Source: Eledone cirrhosa (lineage: Eukaryota). Taken from it: a DNA stretch of 64,000 nucleotides. The stretch lies in contig OZ024758.1 in assembly GCA_964016885.1 (NCBI GenBank), positions 39,246,001 to 39,310,000 on the forward strand, written 5' to 3'. The translations under genes and the position numbers were made by a program. Below, one piece after another: positions 57,901 through 64,000 of this stretch. Below the pieces are notes generated by a model. That model was not told the DNA's origin, did no database searches, and saw nothing but the letters and a program-made list of their open reading frames with translations. How positions within the stretch are numbered: position 1 is the first letter of the stretch; each line of letters opens with the position of its first letter.

Positions 57901-60900
57901 ACAGTGGAGTTCCTTCTGACAGCTAATACCATGAACTTAAATGAATTCTAACCAACATTGGAGTTACTTCTGACAGCTAGTACCATGACTTAAATGAATT
58001 CTCACCAACATTGGAGTTACTTCTGACAACTAATACCATGACTTAAATGAATTCTCACCAACAGTGGAGTTAGTTCTGACAAACTAATACCATGAACTTA
58101 AATGAATTCTCACCAACAGTGGAGTTACTTCTGACAGCTAGTACCATGAACTTAAATGAATTCTCACCAACAATGGAGTTACTTCTGACAGCTAGTACCA
58201 TGAACTTAAATGAATTCTCACCAACATTGGAGTTACTTCTGACAACTAATACCATGACTTAAATGAATTCTCACCAACAGTGGAGTTACTTCTGACAAAC
58301 TAATACCATGAACTTAAATGAATTCTCACCAACAGTGGAGTTACTTCTGAAATCTAGTACCATGACTTAAATGAATTCTCACCAACAATGGAGTTACTTC
58401 TGACAGCTAATACCATGACTTAAATGAATTCTCACCAACAGTGGAGTTACTTCTGACAGCTAATACCATGAACTTAAATGAATTCTCACCAACAGTGGAG
58501 TTACTTCTGACAGCTAGTACCATGAACTTAAATGAATTCTCACCAACATTAGAGTTACTTCTGACAACTAATACCATGACTTAAATGAATTCTCACCAAC
58601 AGTGGAGTTACTTCTGACAAACTAATACTATGAACTTAAATGAATTCTCACCAACAGTGGAGTTACTTCTGACAGCTAGTACCATGAACTTAAATGAATT
58701 CTCACCAACAGTGGAGTTACTTCTGACAGCTAATACCATGAACTTAAATGAATTCTCACCAACAGTGGAGTTACTTCTGACAGCTAATACCATGAACTTA
58801 AATGAATTCTCACCAACATTGGAGTTATTTCTGACAGCTAATACCATGAACTTAAATGAATTCTCACCAACAGTGGAGTTACTTCTGACAGGTAGTACCA
58901 TGAACTTAAATGAATTCTCACCAACAGTGGAGTTCCTTCTGACAGCTAATACCATGAACTTAAATGAATTCTCACCAACATTGGAGTTCCTTCTGACAGC
59001 TAATACCATGAACTTAAATGAATTCTCACCAACAGTGGAGTTCCTTCTGACAGCTAATACCATGAACTTAAATGAATTCTCACCAACATTGGAGTTACTT
59101 CTGACAACTAATACCATGACTTAAATGAATTCTCACCAACAGTGGAGTTACTTCTGACAAACTAATACCATGAACTTAAATGAATTCTCACCAACAGTGG
59201 AGTTACTTCTGACAGCTAGTACCATTCTAACTTAAATGAATTCTCACCAACAGTGGAGTTACTTCTGACAGCTAATACCATGAACTTAAATGAATTCTCA
59301 CCAACAGTGGAGTTACTTCTGACAGCTAGTACCATGAACTTAAATGAATTCTCACCAACATTGGAGTTACTTCTGACAACTAATACCATGACTTAAATGA
59401 ATTCTCACCAACAGTGGAGTTACTTCTGACAAACTAATACCATGAACTTAAATGAATTCTCACCAACAGTGGAGTTACTTCTGAAATCTAGTACCATGAC
59501 TTAAATGAATTCTCACCAACAATGGAGTTACTTCTGACAGCTAATACCATGACTTAAATGAATTCTCACCAACAGTGGAGTTACTTCTGACAGCTAATAC
59601 CATGAACTTAAATGAATTCTCACCAACAGTGGAGTTACTTCTGACAGCTAGTACCATGAACTTAAATGAATTCTCACCAACATTAGAGTTACTTCTGACA
59701 ACTAATACCATGACTTAAATGAGTTCTCACCAACAGTGGAGTTACTTCTGACAAACTAATACTATGAACTTAAATGAATTCTCACCAACAGTGGAGTTAC
59801 TTCTGACAGCTAGTACCATGAACTTAAATGAATTCTCAGCAACAGTGGAGTTACTTCTGACAGCTAATACCATGAACTTAAATGAATTCTCACCAACAGT
59901 GGAGTTACTTCTGACAGCTAATACCATGAACTTAAATGAATTCTCACCAACATTGGAGTTACTTCTGACAGCTAATACCATGAACTTAAATGAATTCTCA
60001 CCAACAGTGGAGTTACTTCTGACAGGTAGTACCATGAACTTAAATGAATTCTCACCAACAGTGGAGTTCCTTCTGACAGCTAATACCATGAACTTAAATG
60101 AATTCTCACCAACAGTGGCGTTCCTTCTGACAGCTAATACCATGAACTTAAATGAATTCTCACCAACAGTGGAGTTACTTCTGACAGCTAGTACCATGAC
60201 TTAAATGAATTCTCACCAACATTGGAGTTCCTTCTGACAGCTAATACCATGAACTTAAATGAATTCTCACCAACAGTGGAGTTCCTTCTGACAGCTAATA
60301 CCATGAACTTAAATGAATTCTCACCAACATTGGAGTTACTTCTGACAACTAATACCATGACTTAAATGAATTCTCACCAACAGTGGAGTTACTTCTGACA
60401 AACTAATACCATGAACTTAAATGAATTCTCACCAACAGTGGAGTTACTTCTGACAGCTAGTAACATTCTAACTTAAATGAATTCTCACCAACAGTGGAGT
60501 TACTTCTGACAGCTAATACCATGAACTTAAATGAATTCTCACCAACAGTGGAGTTATTTCTGACAGCTAATACCATGAACTTAAATGAATTCTCACCAAC
60601 ATTGGAGTTACTTCTGACAGCTAATACAATGACTTAAATGAATTCTCACCAACACTGGAGTTACTTCTGACAGCTAATACCATGAACTTAAATGAATTCT
60701 CACCAACATTGGAGTTACTTCTGACAGCTAGTACCATGAACTTAAATGAATTCTCACCAACAGTGGAGTTACTTCTGACAGCTAATACCATGAACTTAAA
60801 TGAATTCTCACCAACAGTGGAGTTCCTTCTGACAGCTAATACCATGAACTTAAATGAATTCTCACCAACATTGGAGTTACTTCTGACAGCTAGTACCATG

Positions 60901-63000
60901 ACTTAAATGAATTCTCACCAACATTGGAGTTACTTCTGACAACTAATACCATGACTTAAATGAATTCTCACCAACAGTGGAGTTACTTCTGACAAACTAA
61001 TACCATGAACTTAAATGAATTCTCACCAACAGTGGAGTTACTTCTGACAGCTAGTACCATGAACTTAAATGAATTCTCACCAACAGTGGAGTTCCTTCTG
61101 ACAGCTAATACCATGAACTTAAATGAATTCTCACCAACAGTGGAGTTACTTCTGACAGCTAATACCATGAACTTAAATGAATTCTCACCAACAGTGGAGT
61201 TCCTTCTGACAGCTAATACCATGAACTTAAATGAATTCTCACCAACATTGGAGTTACTTCTGACAGCTAGTACCATGAACTTAAATGAATTCTCACCAAC
61301 ATTGGAGTTACTTCTGACAGCTAATACCATGAACTTAAATGAATTCTCACCAACAGTGGAGTTACTTCTGACAGGTAGTACCATGAACTTAAATGAATTC
61401 TCACCAACAGTGGAGTTACTTCTGACAGCTAATACCATGAACTTAAATGAATTCTCACCAACAGTGGAGTTACTTCTGACAGCTAATACCATGAACTTAA
61501 ATGAATTCTCACCAACATTGGAGTTACTTCTGACAGCTAGTACCATGAACTTAAATGAATTCTCACCAACAGTGAAGTTACTTCTGACAGCTAATACCAT
61601 GAACTTAAATGATTTCTCACCAACAGTGGAGTTCCTTCTGACAGCTAATACCATGAACTAAAATGAATTCTCACCAACATTGGAGTTACTTCTGACAGCT
61701 AGTACTATGACTTAAATGAATTCTCACCAACATTGGAGTTACTTCTGACAACTAATACCATGACTTAAATGAATTCTCACCAACAGTGGAGTTACTTCTG
61801 ACAAACTAATACCATGAACTTAAATGAATTCTCACCAACAGTGGAGTTACTTCTGACAGCTAGTACCATGAACTTAAATGAATTCTCACCAACAGTGGAG
61901 TTACTTCTGACAGCTAATACCATGAACTTAAATGAATTCTCACCAACAGTGGAGTTCCTTCTGACAGCTAATACCATGAACTTAAATGAATTCTAACCAA
62001 CATTGGAGTTACTTCTGACAGCTAGTACCATGACTTAAATGAATTCTCACCAACATTGGAGTTACTTCTGACAACTAATACCATGACTTAAATGAATTCT
62101 CACCAACAGTGGAGTTAGTTCTGACAAACTAATACCATGAACTTAAATGAATTCTCACCAACAGTGGAGTTACTTCTGACAGCTAGTACCATGAACTTAA
62201 ATGAATTCTCACCAACAATGGAGTTACTTCTGACAGCTAGTACCATGAACTTAAATGAATTCTCACCAACATTGGAGTTACTTCTGACAACTAATACCAT
62301 GACTTAAATGAATTCTCACTAACAGTGGAGTTACTTCTGACAAACTAATACCATGAACTTAAATGAATTCTCACCAACAGTGGAGTTACTTCTGAAATCT
62401 AGTACCATGACTTAAATGAATTCTCACCAACAATGGAGTTACTTCTGACAGCTAATACCATGACTTAAATGAATTCTCACCAACAGTGGAGTTACTTCTG
62501 ACAGCTAATACCATGAACTTAAATGAATTCTCACCAACAGTGGAGTTACTTCTGACAGCTAGTACCATGAACTTAAATGAATTCTCACCAACATTAGAGT
62601 TACTTCTGACAACTAATACCATGACTTAAATGAATTCTCACCAACAGTGGAGTTACTTCTGACAAACTAATACTATGAACTTAAATGAATTCTCACCAAC
62701 AGTGGAGTTACTTCTGACAGCTAGTACCATGAACTTAAATGAATTCTCACCAACAGTGGAGTTACTTCTGACAGCTAATACCATGAACTTAAATGAATTC
62801 TCACCAACAGTGGAGTTACTTCTGACAGCTAATACCATGAACTTAAATGAATTCTCACCAACATTGGAGTTACTTCTGACAGCTAATACCATGAACTTAA
62901 ATGAATTCTCACCAACAGTGGAGTTACTTCTGACAGGTAGTACCATGAACTTAAATGAATTCTCACCAACAGTGGAGTTCCTTCTGACAGCTAATACCAT
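57230..63000. repeat. 75-monomer (4045 bp) reiteration with a nested 21-monomer (1134 bp) duplication
   Basis: Marker CTGAAATCT has its AATCT at 58351, 59485 and 62396 (offsets 1134 and 4045). TTAGTTCTG occurs at ~58071/62116 and CATTAGAG at ~58548/59682/62593. Confidence 0.9.
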
Positions 63001-64000
63001 GAACTTAAATGAATTCTCACCAACAGTGGCGTTCCTTCTGACAGCTAATACCATGAACTTAAATGAATTCTCACCAACAGTGGAGTTACTTCTGACAGCT
63101 AGTACCATGACTTAAATGAATTCTCACCAACAGTGGAGTTCCTTCTGACAGCTAATACCATGAACTTAAATGAATTCTCACCAACAGTGGAGTTCCTTCT
63201 GACAGCTAGTACCATGAACTTAAATGAATTCTCACCAACAGTGGAGTTACTTCTGACAGCTAATACCATGAACTTAAATGAATTCTCACCAACAGTGGAG
63301 TTACTTCTGACAGCTAGTACCATGAACTTAAATGAATTCTCACCAACATTGGAGTTACTTCTGACAACTAATACTATGACTTAAATGAATTCTCACCAAC
63401 AGTGGAGTTCCTTCTGACAGCTAATACCATGAACTTAAATGAATTCTCACCAACATTGGAGTTACTTCTGACAGCTAGTACCATGAACTTAAATGAATTC
63501 TCACCAACATTGGAGTTACTTCTGACAGCTAATACCATGAACTTAAATGAATTCTCACCAACAGTGGAGTTACTTCTGACAGGTAGTACCATGAACTTAA
63601 ATGAATTCTCACCAACAGTGGAGTTACTTCTGACAGCTAATACCATGAACTTAAATGAATTCTCACCAACAGTGGAGTTACTTCTGACAGCTAATACCAT
63701 GAACTTAAATGAATTCTCACCAACATTGGAGTTACTTCTGACAGCTAGTACCATGAACTTAAATGAATTCTCACCAACAGTGAAGTTACTTCTGACAGCT
63801 AATACCATGAACTTAAATGATTTCTCACCAACAGTGGAGTTCCTTCTGACAGCTAATACCATGAACTAAAATGAATTCTCACCAACATTGGAGTTACTTC
63901 TGACAGCTAGTACTATGACTTAAATGAATTCTCACCAACATTGGAGTTACTTCTGACAACTAATACCATGACTTAAATGAATTCTCACCAACAGTGGAGT

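Larger units (their letters stand above)
1..64000. repeat. 54-bp tandem satellite DNA array, ~1,190 head-to-tail monomers, running off both window edges
   Basis: Positions 1-54 are one monomer and the unit recurs to the end of the window. GAATTC recurs every 53-56 bp. Consensus composition is A19 T15 C12 G8. Length classes are 53 bp (ATGAC), 54 bp, 55 bp (GACAAACT without the deletion) and 56 bp (ACCATTCTAAC). No non-monomer sequence or strand switch was seen. Confidence 0.99.

Noticed and set aside
323-63869. Many overlapping ORFs on both strands (MNLNEFSPTVELLLTANT and MVLAVRSNSTVGENSFKF repeats, up to 277 aa) as repeat-protein genes
   Set aside because: The monomer length is a multiple of 3. 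At this composition an 18-codon frame is stop-free about 30% of the time, so two open frames of six is expected by chance. Frameshift and stop alleles are frequent, the common substitutions are non-synonymous in both frames, and there are no unique terminal domains.
1-64000. CRISPR array or other repeat-spacer system
   Set aside because: The entire 54 bp is conserved between units. There are no unique spacers, leader or cas genes.
1-64000. Allele order as an information-bearing code, diversity cassette or phase-variation system
   Set aside because: The order is accounted for by nested duplications of a small allele set. No recombinase, reverse transcriptase, expression locus or template/variable pair is present.
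1-64000. Tandem RNA gene cluster (tRNA, 5S, snRNA, miRNA) or telomeric repeat
   Set aside because: The unit is too short for most of these and has no cloverleaf, Pol III terminator (T4+) in the consensus, long hairpin or G-rich telomere motif.
1-64000. CENP-B box or a named satellite family assignment
   Set aside because: The CENP-B box core (TTCG....A..CGGG) needs CpGs that the consensus lacks. I do not recognise the monomer and cannot run a search.
1-64000. Synthetic concatemer or pure sequencing artefact (an EcoRI site in nearly every unit)
   Set aside because: The variants are hierarchical, linked and regionally shared, and include EcoRI-destroying alleles copied in blocks. This reflects evolutionary history rather than ligation or random read error.

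Overview
The whole 64 kb is one uninterrupted head-to-tail satellite DNA array of a 54-bp monomer (roughly 1,190 copies, all in the same orientation). The consensus is AATACCATGAACTTAAATGAATTCTCACCAACAGTGGAGTTACTTCTGACAGCT (37% GC, one EcoRI site, no CpG). I found no unique sequence, gene, RNA gene, transposon or CRISPR spacer. All listed ORFs are in-frame read-throughs of the monomer (54 = 18 codons), cut short by recurrent indel alleles. The informative structure lies in the variants. Most monomers differ from consensus at only a few positions, drawn from a small allele set (A2G, deletion of A10/11, G34T, A42C, G52A, +A at 52, ATG>ATTCT). The order of these alleles reveals a recurrent ~322-bp six-monomer module and nested tandem duplications of 0.6-9.4 kb. 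It also shows chimeric monomers that mark crossovers, and regionally confined alleles that split the array into layers. This looks like a recently homogenised eukaryotic (peri)centromeric or heterochromatic satellite, but I cannot name the family or organism. I see no support for a novel protein-coding system. Duplication periods were checked on marker variants; duplication end points are approximate.
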